From Octopus sinensis (Eukaryota), in the NCBI RefSeq assembly GCF_006345805.1, contig NC_043004.1, positions 20,956,001 through 21,020,000 on the forward strand: a DNA stretch of 64,000 bases, given 5' to 3'. The translations under genes were made by a program, and so were the position numbers. Below, piece after piece: positions 39,565 to 52,673 of the stretch (positions are counted from its first letter, which is position 1; each line of letters begins with the position of its first letter). A model generated the notes under the pieces. That model did not search any database. It was not told the origin of the DNA and saw nothing but the letters and a program-made list of their open reading frames with translations.

Positions 39565-41384
39565 TATCTAATAGAAGGTACTATCTTTGATGCACGACAT
39601 GCTCTGTCTCCTCTTCACCTCACATCATCATCATAATATCATCATCATTTTAACACCTACTTTTCCATACTTGCAGGTGTCTGATTAAATTCATCAAGGT
39701 GGATTTTGTCACCAATCCACACCTGTACACATGGAAGGTAATATTTCCCCTAGTACTTCAAACATGAACAGCACATTGGCTTCATAGAACATTACAAACA
39801 AACAAACAAACAACACCACTGGTATGATGGTGATGTTTGTTTACAATTAGCGTATCATGTCAAGTTAAGGAGACATAAACATACATACTTACAGATACAA
39901 ATTTAAATATATGAGTGCGTATGTGCATGTAGCATGTAAGTGTGCACGTGTTTGCACGTGCACGCACGCGCGCATGTGTGTTTTGGATTTATGTATGCAT
40001 AACAAGCTTCTTTCAGTTTCTGTCTACCGAATGCTCACAAAGTTTTTGGTGGCCTGTGGGCAACATAAATGAAAGTTGTGCAAAGTGACATGCAATGGGA
40101 CTGAACCTGTGACTATGTGATTATGAAGCAAGTTTCTTAACTTCATTGCTCAACTGCTATCTGTTTGTATATCACACTTTGTGAGACAGTACTGGGAACA
40201 AATTTTCTCTTTCTGACAAAGAATTCAGTCTGAATCACCAGGAAAATCTTTGCTCAGTGGCATAAAATACCAAATTTCATGCTTTACTTCACACACACAC
40301 AGATATAAGCACACATACTCACACATGTGCATAAGCATATGCTCACACACTTGCACATCCAAACACACATATGTATTCATGTAATTGTGTGTGTGCATGT
40401 GTGCATGTGTGTGTGTGTGTGAGTGGGTGGGTGTGGAGTGTATGTACACAGCTTTTTGTGATTCTCTTTTATAATTCTTTAAAATATTTCAGTACGGATA
40501 CCATTATTAGACTGCTCTTATCGCATAAAGCTTACTGTTTTCTACTTAAGAGGTAAACAATCTTGCACACATTGGAAAAAGTTCTTCCCTGTTCTTTGTG
40601 ACTTGAGTGAGAAATTGGTTTCATATTTTTTTTCTTTTGTTAACTTATTATGAAATTTGTGAAACACTTTAAAAAGAAAACTTTCTATTGAAACCTAAAT
40701 AATGAACATTTTAAAAAGAGAGAGGAGGAGGTTCAAATAAATATGATATTTATGGAAATAAAAATTTCTGTATTTTAATATTGAAAGAAAGAAAAAAAAT
40801 CTTTAACTTAAAGTATACTTTTGAAGCTATTTCAATATTTATAAAAGAATATGTTGGTGAGTGTGTATAATCATCATCATCATCATCGTCATCATCATCA
40901 TCATCATCATTTAACATCCATTGTCCATGCTGGCATGGGTTGGACAGTTTGACTGGGCTGGCATGCTAGAAGGCTGCACCAGACTCCAAGCTGATTTGGC
41001 ATGGTTTTCTACAGCTGGATGCCCTTCCTGATGCCAACCGCTCCAAGAATGTAATGGGTGCCTTTATGTACCACCTGCATGGGTGCCATTTTCATGACAC
41101 CGGGGTGTGCTTACATGCCATCAGTATGGGTGCCATTTGTGTGATACTGGTATCTGTCACAATTGCAATTTTGCTTGGCTTCATGGCTCTTCTTCTCAAG
41201 CGTGACATAATGTCAAAGGTCTTCGTCATTGCTTTATGAGGCTCAACACTCGAAAGGAACTCAGCCACCTTGCCTCTATGAGGCCCAATGTTCAAAAGAT
41301 GTTCATTACATACCACCAGCATGGGTGTACTTGACTTGATGGGTCCTCTCAAGAACAGCACTTTGCCAAAAGTTTCGATCACCA

Positions 41385-42650
41385 GTCATTGCCTCTGTGA
41401 GGCCCAAAGTTCAAAGATCATGTTTCACCACCTCATCCCATGTCTTCCTTGTCAACCTCTACCACAGGTTCTGATTACAGTTAGAGATCAGCACTTCTTT
41501 ACACAGCTGTCCTTGTCCATATGTATCACATGACAATACCAGTGCTGTTGTCTCTCTTGCACACCACATCTGATGCAATTATTAACTTTTCTCTCAAGAT
41601 GCTTACACTCTGTCAAACATGCACACTGACACTGCACATCCAGCGAAGCATACTGGTTTCATTTCTTTCAAGCCTACGGATGTCCTCACCTGTCCTCAGC
41701 CCAAGTTTCCCTGCCATCAGCATAGCCGTTCACACACAGGCATCAAACAATGTACCTTTCACTCAGAGAGATGCCCTTTGTTGCTAGCAGGAGTAGGAGC
41801 TCTCTGAACTTTGCCCAGCCTAATCTTATTCTCACAGTTGAACTCTTGGAGTATCCACCTCCACTACTAATTTGGTCATCTAGATAACAGAAGCTATTTA
41901 CTACCTTCAGCTTACCCACCTGGTAGTTGATGGAGTCTATTTTCTGCCCATTTTCAGCATGTATTGTACCTGTGCACCTTCCACATACAAAAGTTAGTTT
42001 CCCTGTTAACCTTCCTCTGATGTTACTGCACCTTTTATGAGTCCAAAGCGCACAAAGGTTGAATCTTATGAAGATTCTGCCTACACCTTTTCTACAGATT
42101 AAGCAGAGCCATCTATCTGAGGGGAATTGTGATTTATCTGCCTTCCTACTAAAACCTTGGTTTTTGCTAGTTTGACTTGAAAGCTCTTTGATTATAGACC
42201 TTGCTTCGATATCTGGAACTTCTTCTCTAGTTCAGGTAGTGATTCTGCTGTAAGAGAATGGTCATCAGCATACAGGAGCTCCCTGTCTCAAATTCCTCTG
42301 TTATTGCCTGGAGACTATGATGAACAAGAGGGGGTTGAGCACCGATACTTGCTGAACCCCTACTTGTACCCTAAATTATTCGTTGTACTTGTTACCCACC
42401 CTCACCTTACTGATAGCGTCTCTGTACAAGGCTCATATGGCTCTCACCAACTACTCGCCTATCCCTAGTTTCTGCATTGACCACCAGATAAGGGATTGGA
42501 GGACCCTGTCACAAGCTTTCTCCAAGTCAACTAAAGCCAAGTACAGAGGGTTATCTTTGGCTAGGTAATGCTTCTGCAGTTGCCTTGCCAGAAATATAAC
42601 ATCAGTAGTGCTTCTACTTGGCACAAAACCAAACTGCATCTCATCTAGAT
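41385..42650 (-). mobile_element. Degenerate RTE LINE (RT to 3' end)
   Basis: LDEMQFGFVPSRSTTDVIFLARQLQ...LALVDLEKA.DRV...W.M.KLG; also QGSVL.PLLF-like and LLYADD motifs. Confidence 0.88.
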
Positions 42651-43374
42651 GTATGTATGTATGTGTGTATGTGCATACATACATACATGCATACCCCCCT
42701 CCCCGCAGACAGACATGTGTATATATCATCATCATCATCATCAGCATCATCCTTTAACATTCATTGTCCATACTAGCATGGGTTGGACAGTTTGATTAGG
42801 GCTGGCAAGTAGGAAGGCTGCACTAGACTCCAGTCTGATTTGGCCTGTTTTTGGACCACAAGAACTGCAGTTAAGTTCTGATATTTGTGGATCTTAAAAT
42901 GTCTTTTGAGGCCTCCATTAGATTTGTAGACCTTTTGGCATACATGGCATTGACAGATATGTACAGATCAATAAGCAGAATAGTGGGTGGAAGTTTGCTT
43001 TTCATGGGTCTACAGGTGAGATTTGAGCCCAGCAAAATAAAGGCATGGTCTGTCACAAATTGTGCACACAAAAGTTGGTTGGAATTCATTTTCCCATTGA
43101 TCGTAGCAGTTTTCTATCTATCTATACACATATGCATACATACATGCAATTAGAAAAAAAGAAAGAAAGAGAAAGAAAGATAGAAAATAATATGATGGTA
43201 AGAAATATGGAACTAGGTTAGCAGAGATTTTGTGCTGATACACTAACTCTGGTGCCATATTTTTATATATTGCTTTCCAAATATGAATGAATACATTGCT
43301 CTATAGTTTTGTATTGAGTACCATTTTCTTAAAAGATATTTTTATTTTATTATCACTTTATCACATATAAAAGA

Positions 43375-43394
43375 TGATATATATATGTATATGC

Positions 43395-43429
<35 letters not shown>

Positions 43430-43525
43430 ATATATATGTATGTATATATGTATGTATGTATGTATGTATATATGTATGTATGCATATGCATGTATGTATA
43501 TATATATATATATATATGTATATGC

Positions 43526-43569
<44 letters not shown>

Positions 43570-43576
43570 ATATATG

Positions 43577-43608
<32 letters not shown>

Positions 43609-43665
43609 TATATGTATATATATGTGTGTGTGTGTGTACGTATACACACACACAAACACATATGT
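43375..43665. repeat. (TA)n/(TATG)n microsatellite
   Basis: Directly visible. Confidence 0.95.
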
Positions 43666-44333
43666 ATAGTTAATATATTTATATGTATAATGTGTGTCTA
43701 TGTATCTATGCACATATTATACATCACACAGATATATAAAAAGAGATTAAGAGGAAGAGGTAGGTGAGAGTAAAGAGTTGCCAACTCCTAAGTATCCTTT
43801 TATGTTGGTTTGGTAGTGAATAAAAGATATATATTTGTGTATTCAATTAGAACGATTGAGCTTTTATTGAGTATTGAATGATATGGAAAGCAACATTTGT
43901 ATAGGCATAGAATGTAAAGTGGGGAAAATGAAGTAGAAAAAATTCAATTAGATTTGGTACTGGAATCGAAATTTCTAAGGATCTACAGTAGACAGCAGAC
44001 CTGGAAATATTTGCTGAGAAGTTCAGTACATCCTTCATTTAAATATATTAGCTTAGAATTTTTAAGTGGATAAAGTTTTCGTAGCTGTCATGGTAATTTT
44101 ATTTCTCTTTACAATTATCTGTGTTCGTTTAAATCTCAATGATTGTTTTTGCTATTGGTTGTATTTTGCAGTTGATATTCTTTTTCCTGTTTCACTTCTA
44201 CAATGCCTAGTTTTTGAGCGGAGAAAACGATGTTATTTTCTTAATTTCCATCTAAAAATAACAAGAATTGCTAAATAATTCCATTTGTCTATTACATAAG
44301 TGATTTCTCTGAAGCTTGTTTCCACTAGTAAAT

Positions 44334-44552
44334 TGAGGGAGTTCTGAAAAGTTCCCAGCTTTAAGAGTATCACGAAAAGTCTGGTTAGAAGCCCAAACTT
44401 CTGAGTTCTTTTACAAGGCTTGAAAAAACTGAGGGACTGCTTCAATATGTGTGAGGATCTGAGATGAGAATGTGTTCAATAAAATCATAATTCACTGATC
44501 CTCCTGTATTTTCTTTTACCCAAAGCCAGGAACTTTTCAGCACCCACTCTTA
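44334..44552 (+). mobile_element. Mariner-derived MITE
   Basis: TIRs gagggagttctgaaaagttcccagcttt / aaagccaggaacttttcagcacccactc; residual transposase C-terminus. Confidence 0.7.
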
Positions 44553-44903
44553 GTCATAATTGTTATTGTTTTTGTTTAGTCTCATTTCTGTTCTCAGTGA
44601 GCTGAGCTGGTCTATGGTTAAAGGTGTTTGAAACATGATCTTCTCAACTTTTTTCATGCATAATCTAGTAGAACATTATCCAGTATGACTTATTCTAATT
44701 ACAATAGTATGTCATGATTGACTATGCTGGTGAATTGGCCATAATCTAAACCGCTGACACTTTAAGCATCTCCATGGGGATTCTTGGCAAATCAGGGTCT
44801 TTTCCTCTCCGCATAGACTTAATTGCATAGTATATTAAACTGCTGTCAAAGAGAATAGCTTGTCCCTTTTTTGGGTTCATGTTGGGTCCACATTGAGAAA
44901 ACT

Positions 44904-44940
<37 letters not shown>

Positions 44941-44944
<4 letters not shown>

Positions 44945-46191
44945 AATATGTTACATTACTCGGTAGTCAAGATAAAACTCTGAGTTTCAGATGCCGAAGT
45001 GGAAATCCACAACACCATCTCTTCGGTTATCTGGCTATTTGAAAACGCTATGAAAAAATACCATCAAATAAAGGGAAATTACTGTGTTATAACTCTGCTT
45101 GCCTGCGTACTTATACATCGCTCGCATTTTTCGTCATAAAAATTATATAAAAATACATAAAAAATATATAAAAATATATAAAAATCTATAAATTCTTCTT
45201 GGGACATAACATAGAAAGCATGTTCTATCTGTTTTCTTTAGGGGACCAAAAACGTAACAGAAATTTAGTCACATGTGGGCATGATCCGAAAAGCTCTGTC
45301 CTTGTATTTAGACATGTAGTAGGGTCTAAGCTGCTTTTCCAGATAAGCCATCTCTCTATGTTGCATAGACCGCACCTTCTGCTGCCGTTGGTATAGGGCT
45401 TACATCTGGCCAAAATCTTCCATTGTATGTTATAATCGACACCTTTATCTCTTAAAGACCAAATATGATTAGATAATTGTGTCGCTTTTCTTTTGTTCCA
45501 GTGCCTAAAGCTCAAAGTGTGGTTATTGAACCTGGCCTTGAAATTACCCTCTGTAAGGCCCACATATTTCTTCATCGAAACAGTGTCTTTAGTGGTTATA
45601 GAGTTTACGGTAGCTTCATATATGATGGTCTTGGACATGCAAGCTCCATTTAGCGGGCACAATTCTTTATTCCTGCATGAACAGCTGTTTTCTTGTTGTG
45701 TTTTTTGTATGTTATGTTTGATTATGTTTTTAAAATTGGTAGTTGAACTAAAACTAATTTTTAAATTGTGTCTATTGAAGAGTTTCCTATAAGTATGGTT
45801 AACTGGAAAATGTCTATCTATCAGTGCTAGGAAATATTTACCTATATTGAAGGCCACCTCGGGTGAGTAAGGGGGCATAAACCAGATGACCTTCCTATTT
45901 CTATTATTCCTTTTCCTTACTGTTGGGCTAGTGATAGGTGTATATTTTATTTTTTCGCTAAAACCACTATCTTTTAAAGCCTTATTATAAACTGGGGCAA
46001 CGCTATTGAAGATGTCCTCATCAGAGGAGAGGCTAGAAATCCTCTTACAAATATTTTTAACTAAATTTTTGAATACTATCGGGGGATGGCATGAACCTAC
46101 ATTAATATAACTTAGTCTATCATTGGGCTTCCTATAAGGCTTATAAATATTCTTATTAAGATCTAAGGAAACGTCTCTTACCGTTTTATCA
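44941..46191 (-). mobile_element. Penelope-like (Naiad-like) element 3' end, copy 1 (thumb + GIY-YIG endonuclease, open frame)
   Basis: ORF 45225-45878 plus open upstream frame: CSC...CPLNGAC...IIYEA...YVGLT...F..R..NH...TQLS.HIW.L...CGLC..E...LN.R.E...CPH; (TA)n on both sides. Confidence 0.92.
44970..45032 (-). ncRNA. Hammerhead-like motif with CCGAAGA core (duplicate at 46261-46323)
   Basis: AGATAA-CCGAAGA-GATG...CATC-t-GAAA-CTC-a-GAG-TT-TTATCT; 6-bp stem I. Confidence 0.6.
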
Positions 46192-46231
46192 ATATATATA
46201 TATATATATATAATATATATATATATATATA

Positions 46232-47480
46232 CAATAATATGTTACATTACTCGGTAGTCAAGATAAAACTCTGAGTTTCAGATGCCGAAGTGGAAATCCA
46301 CAACACCATCTCTTCGGTTATCTGGCTATTTGAAAACGCTATGAAAAAATACCATCAAATAAAGGGAAATTACTGTGTTATAACTCTGCTTGCCTGCGTA
46401 CTTATACATCGCTCGCATTTTTCGTCATAAAAATTATATAAAAATACATAAAAAATATATAAAAATATATAAAAATCTATAAATTCTTCTTGGGACATAA
46501 CATAGAAAGCATGTTCTATCTGTTTTCTTTAGGGGACCAAAAACGTAACAGAAATTTAGTCACATGTGGGCATGATCCGAAAAGCTCTGTCCTTGTATTT
46601 AGACATGTAGTAGGGTCTAAGCTGCTTTTCCAGATAAGCCATCTCTCTATGTTGCATAGACCGCACCTTCTGCTGCCGTTGGTATAGGGCTTACATCTGG
46701 CCAAAATCTTCCATTGTATGTTATAATCGACACCTTTATCTCTTAAAGACCAAATATGATTAGATAATTGTGTCGCTTTTCTTTTGTTCCAGTGCCTAAA
46801 GCTCAAAGTGTGGTTATTGAACCTGGCCTTGAAATTACCCTCTGTAAGGCCCACATATTTCTTCATCGAAACAGTGTCTTTAGTGGTTATAGAGTTTACG
46901 GTAGCTTCATATATGATGGTCTTGGACATGCAAGCTCCATTTAGCGGGCACAATTCTTTATTCCTGCATGAACAGCTGTTTTCTTGTTGTGTTTTTTGTA
47001 TGTTATGTTTGATTATGTTTTTAAAATTGGTAGTTGAACTAAAACTAATTTTTAAATTGTGTCTATTGAAGAGTTTCCTATAAGTATGGTTAACTGGAAA
47101 ATGTCTATCTATCAGTGCTAGGAAATATTTACCTATATTGAAGGCCACCTCGGGTGAGTAAGGGGGCATAAACCAGATGACCTTCCTATTTCTATTATTC
47201 CTTTTCCTTACTGTTGGGCTAGTGATAGGTGTATATTTTATTTTTTCGCTAAAACCACTATCTTTTAAAGCCTTATTATAAACTGGGGCAACGCTATTGA
47301 AGATGTCCTCATCAGAGGAGAGGCTAGAAATCCTCTTACAAATATTTTTAACTAAATTTTTGAATACTATCGGGGGATGGCATGAACCTACATTAATATA
47401 ACTTTGTCTATCATTGGGCTTCCTATAAGGCTTATAAATATTCTTATTAAGATCTAAGGAAACGTCTCTTACCGTTTTAT

Positions 47481-47482
<2 letters not shown>
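46232..47482 (-). mobile_element. Penelope-like element 3' end, copy 2 (tandem duplicate, period 1291 bp)
   Basis: Same ends as copy 1; ORF 46516-47553 (its N-terminal about 24 aa come from the TA repeat and flank). Confidence 0.92.
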
Positions 47483-47517
<35 letters not shown>

Positions 47518-47709
47518 TATATACGCCATGATAGATCGGTAGCCACTATACACACTTTTTCTCTCTCCTTTTTTTTCCCTCCTTGTTTCTTTGTGTTCCT
47601 TTCTGTGGAAGAGCGTAGGCTCAAAACATTAAAGACTTTTTCAATTCTGAGCGTTTATTTTCTATACCACTTGTCTTCGTTTTTTGTTTTTTCGTGTATA
47701 TATATATAC

Positions 47710-48560
47710 ATGATGGCCATCCACTCATGACTGAGGAAGACCATTGCTGATCTTCAAGAATATTGTGCACTCTATGACTAACTTATATTTTGCATTTGCA
47801 GCTCCATGCTCTTGACAAGCATACACAACTGCAAACATTGCAGACCAAGCTTTCCTCATTCACTACACCAGAAGTGCACTTTCAAGCAGTACACTTAATA
47901 CGTGCTGTCTCAAAAGTGTTGACCCCCTCCTTCACCTACATTTTCTATCTGTGGCGATGACAGGCATTGTTTTTTCAGTTAGTCTCCTGCATATCACAGG
48001 TCTTAGGGCCTTTCTATGGAAAATATTTGGCAAACTTGGATGTCCAGATCACTTTGTATCTATAATTAAATCCTTTTATGATGGAGGCTTGGGTCAATGT
48101 TGGTGGTGGCTTGGCAGGACCCATTCCTGTAGAGAATGGTGTCAAGCAGGGTGACATCTTAGCCCCAGCTCTCTTTTCTTTGTATTTTGCTGCTGCTTTT
48201 ACTCATGCTTTTGCTAAGGTTAGATCTCTGGGAATATATATCAGATGTCGATTTCCTGGTTGCCTCTTTAATCTGCATTGTTTTGCTGCCAATTCAAAAG
48301 TTTTCCAGTCTCTTATTCGTGACCTCCTTTATGCAGATGACGGTGACTTAGTCACTCATACAGTGGATGACATGAAAATACTTATGAATCGTATTTCTGT
48401 TTCTTGCAAGGCATTTGGGCTCACCATTAGCCTGGACAAGACTGTTGTAATATTCCAGTCTGCACCAGTTAATCCATATATGGAACCAGCTATCCTGGTT
48501 GAAAGAACAATTGTGAATGTGGTAGACAAGTTTGTCTACCTGGGCAGCATAATCAGCCGT
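47710..48560. mobile_element. RTE (BovB-like) relic: 3' end on minus (47710-47965) next to an RT fragment on plus (47990-48560)
   Basis: Plus strand GVKQGDILAP.LF...DLLYADD...FGLTIS..KT...VDKFVYLGS; minus strand VKEGVNTFE.AR...LVCNVC..VCLSRA. Confidence 0.8.
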
Positions 48561-48579
48561 TCATATATATGTATGTATG

Positions 48580-48611
<32 letters not shown>

Positions 48612-48809
48612 TGTATGTATGTATGTATGTATGTATGTATGTATGTATGTATGTGTAGTATATATATATGTATATAGTATATGCATATAAATATATATTA
48701 TGATATGTAAAAAAATACAAACTGTGACAAGAACGCAGCACTTAGAAGACGATACAACAAACACAGACAGGACATTCGAAGCCCTCAGTCTTCAGTCAAG
48801 AACCGGATC

Positions 48810-48842
<33 letters not shown>

Positions 48843-48925
48843 TATATGTATTTATATATATTTATTTATTTAGTTAAAGATAGTTATGGATGGTTCATAG
48901 GATTAACAAGGTTTTCACGTCCATA

Positions 48926-49112
48926 AAGTGCTTGGCTTTACATACATGCCATCAAATATTAATGGCTAGTGGCCTATAACCTCTCTTTGAAGGGGAAGGA
49001 GAAAAAGGCTCTGTGGCCAACTTTTGAAGGTCTTTTCTTCCTCCACTTTGAAGAGAGGTTATAGGCTACTGGCCATTAAGGTCTGATGAGACATATGTAA
49101 TGACAAGCACTT
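48926..49112. repeat. Foldback/MITE-like inverted repeat (about 80-bp arms)
   Basis: aagtgcttg...taatggctagtggcctataacctctctt matches the reverse complement of the right arm. Confidence 0.8.
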
Positions 49113-49635
49113 TATATACACAGAACCCTGGGTAATCCTGTAAACTGGCCATAACTATCTTTATCTAAATACTCTTCTGCTCTATAACTTAGAGTGTGTT
49201 TTTGACTTGGATTTATGATTTGCTGATGATTATATGTATGTATGTATGTATGTATGTATGCATGTATGCATGCATGCATGCATACATGTATATATGTATG
49301 TATGTATGTATGCATACATGCATGTTATATGATATGGATTCAGCAGATACTGTATCTATTTTAGAGTTGAATTATTGGTGTAACCATGATGTTTTGGTGA
49401 TCTGATGACCTAGCTTTGTTTATCTGCATTGATTTGTTAATATGCAGTTCTTTGCATAATGCATAGTATGCATATTAATGCAACCATGTAAACATAATTC
49501 TATTCTACACTGAAATTATTACTACATGAAGAATGCTATGAAACAGCTATAATCCTAAAGATGTCAAGAGGTCGAATAAGTATTTTCCTCACTCATATCT
49601 CCTGACATTTTATTGCTTATATATAAGTTTATATG

Positions 49636-49676
<41 letters not shown>

Positions 49677-49881
49677 ATAGACTCCCTCTCTTTTTATTTT
49701 CTCTTATTCCTCTCTGTTGAAGAGTGTAGGCTTGAAACGTAAATGACTTTTTCATTTTCCCAAGCGTCAAACTAATACACATGGTTGTTGTTCATACACC
49801 TGTCTTCATCTTTTGTTTTTCTATAAATTTCAATTATATATATATATACACATACAATCATACTCATACAGATATATAGAT

Positions 49882-49912
<31 letters not shown>

Positions 49913-49957
49913 CATACACACACAATCATACTCATATGGATATATAGATACACACAA

Positions 49958-50004
<47 letters not shown>

Positions 50005-50336
50005 TATATGTGTGTGTGAAGGCATCTTCGTGGTTAGGGTATTCTGCTCATGATCATAAGGTTGGGAGTTCAATTCCTGGTGGCACATTATGTCCTTGAA
50101 CAAGACACTTAATTTCATGTAACTCCAGTTCACTCAGCTGCCAAAAGTTGAGTAGTACCTGTATTTCAAAGGACCAGCATTATCACATTCTGTGTCATAC
50201 TGAATATCCCTCAGAACTACATTAAGGGTATGTGTGTCTGTGGAGTACTCAGCCACCTGCACATTAATTTCACAATCAGGTAGTTCCATTGATCAGATCA
50301 ACTGGAACACTCGTCGTCATAAGCAACAGAGTGCCA

Positions 50337-50391
<55 letters not shown>

Positions 50392-50548
50392 CAAGAGTTA
50401 AGGAATAGAGTAGATAAGATCCAGGCTACATAAATACACACATACATATTTATATATATATATACATATATTTGTATGTATATATATGTGATGGTTTCTT
50501 TTGGGGAAGCAATAATAATATATTTTATAAGCTTAAAGCTTATAAGCA

Positions 50549-50667
50549 ATCACTGTGTAATGACTAAAGAAACAGTCTAATATTGGGGCTTATAAACCTT
50601 ACTTTTTCTGTCAAGGGCTTATATGTCCCAATACTAAACTTGATTCTGTAGCCATTACATAGTGATA
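50549..50667. repeat. Imperfect inverted repeat (about 52-bp arms)
   Basis: atcactgtgtaatgacta...tattgggg...ataaaccctt-like left arm matches the reverse complement of the right arm. Confidence 0.7.
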
Positions 50668-50684
50668 CACACACACACACACTG

Positions 50685-51044
50685 TAGACAATTTCTGTAA
50701 GCACATCACCCCTTACACCTTAACTTCCTAGACTCCAAACCCCTTGATTATTATGTATGGGGCACAGTTGAGCAAGAGACCAGCAAAACTCCTTGTAACA
50801 CCAAAGATGAACTGAAGGCAAGGATTATGGCAGCGTTCACCAGCTTAAACAAGGCAACTGTCTAGAAGAGTTGCAGGAGATTCCAAAGTTGTCTGGAGGC
50901 TGTGGCAATTTTAATGAATAAATTTACTTTAATATTTCGAGATATTTTTCTGTAATTTTGGTAAATATATCTGTTAAAATGAGATGTTAGTGTTAATTTC
51001 ATTTTTGCGTAATTTAGATGACAGTTTATTCACTGCACCTTGTA
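50685..51044 (+). mobile_element. Tc1/maT-like transposase C-terminal relic with 3' TIR
   Basis: PLDYYVWGTVE.ET.K...NTKDELKARIMAAF...C..F...LEAV; ends caccttgTA. Confidence 0.75.
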
Positions 51045-52459
51045 TGTCTATTCATATATATATATGTATATACATATATGTGTATTTATATATCTATCCA
51101 TTTTCTTCACCCAATATTCCTAGGAGGATTGTGGGTGTAAAGTCTAGAGGTATTTCCTCCATTTGGTCTTATCTGAAGTAACTGCCATTAGATTTTCCAG
51201 CTGGATTCTCAAGCATGGCCGACTGAGGCTATGGCTATTATGCAACCATCTCATTCTTGGTCTACTCCTCAGTTCCCAAACCCACAGGCCCAGCTTGAAG
51301 AATCTATCTTGTGATTCTTTCTTGTGACAATCTAATCACTTGTGATATATCTTGCATCTAGTGAAACAAAGAGACTATTCACCATAGCATCAGTAAATGA
51401 GGTATACCGACACCATCACAAGTCAAACATTAAATACACTTTTCTAAAACTTCATAATTAGTCCTCCATGTTAGTACACATATATCATAAAGTCACCAGT
51501 ATCACATTATCTATTTTCACCTAATTAGAATACATAGATTGTGAAAATAGCAGACACCATAATGTCTGTTGTCTCACTACTCTAGTGTTTATCACATTTT
51601 CTTTTCAATATTAAATAATCTGAACACACAATTAGCAATTGTCTTACTTTTATTAATATTCTGCCATTAATCTTTATTACAGTAATTTATTATCGCAGTA
51701 CATTCTAAACATTCACATTATTGAATTATCAACAATCTGAAAAGTATTTAAGTGTCAACTTTAACAAGAAGTGGAATTCTTAAGAGAAAACCAAGAATGA
51801 ACTTGTCATTTCTGGCAAGAATCTATTGAGAATTGCAACCCACTTATAAAAACATTTGTTTAGTCAATTATGAAGTTGAAAATGTGTTGAGTTGATAAAT
51901 AATGTTTGTTGGATCAAATGATTGCAGTTAATCCATTTTAAAGGGTCGTGAAATACAAAACCAGTAGTAGAGCAGTTTGCAAGTAACTCACTGGTAAAGG
52001 CATGGCAATGTGGTTATGAGGTTTGCTTTGCAGTTATATGGTTCTCAGTTCAATCCTATTGCATTGCATTTTTGGCAAGTATCTTCTTCTATAGTTTCAT
52101 GTTGACCAATGCCTTGTGAATAGAATTTAGTAGACAGACGCTGTGTAAAAGAACATTGTAATCTATAGACACATCTACATTCAGCTCTTAAGGTCCTTAC
52201 TGTTTCACATTCATACACACAGTACCAAACTGCTTCTTTCTCCAATCCTTTCTCCTCACAATTTCAACTTTTAGACTCCTCCCTACTGATCCATATATTC
52301 TTTACCGGCATCAAGCAAAAATATGTTTAAACTGAACATCAGTCAACCTCACATGACTAAGACTGGTAAAGTCTATGGACATTGCCCCTGTGGCCTCTCA
52401 CTGAGTAATGAACTTTTACATTGGAGCAAGAACATAAAGGGAGATGCCAAAACATAAAG

Positions 52460-52670
52460 GTTTCAAATTTTGGTACAAGGCAGCATTTTCGGGGGAGGGG
52501 TAAGTCAATTACATCGACCCCAATGCTCAACTGGTGCTTAATTTATTGACCCTGAAAGGAAGAAAAGCAAAATCAACCTTGGCAGAATTTGAACTCAGAA
52601 TATAAGGATGGATGAAATGCCACTAAGCATTTTGGCCGGTGTGCTAATGATTCTGCTAGCTCGCGGCATT
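52460..52670 (-). mobile_element. SINE family A
   Basis: Reverse complement of family A. Confidence 0.85.
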
Positions 52671-52673
52671 AAT

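Noticed and set aside
43845-44250. Possible further PLE endonuclease relic on the minus strand
   Set aside because: Too decayed to support by eye
46516-47553. 345-aa host nuclease gene or selenoprotein-type PLE
   Set aside because: The start codon comes from the flank through the TA repeat; it is a truncated PLE with no in-frame TGA or recognisable SECIS
48700-48810. Another hammerhead (minus strand CTGAAGA...GAAT)
   Set aside because: No convincing stems I-III around the core
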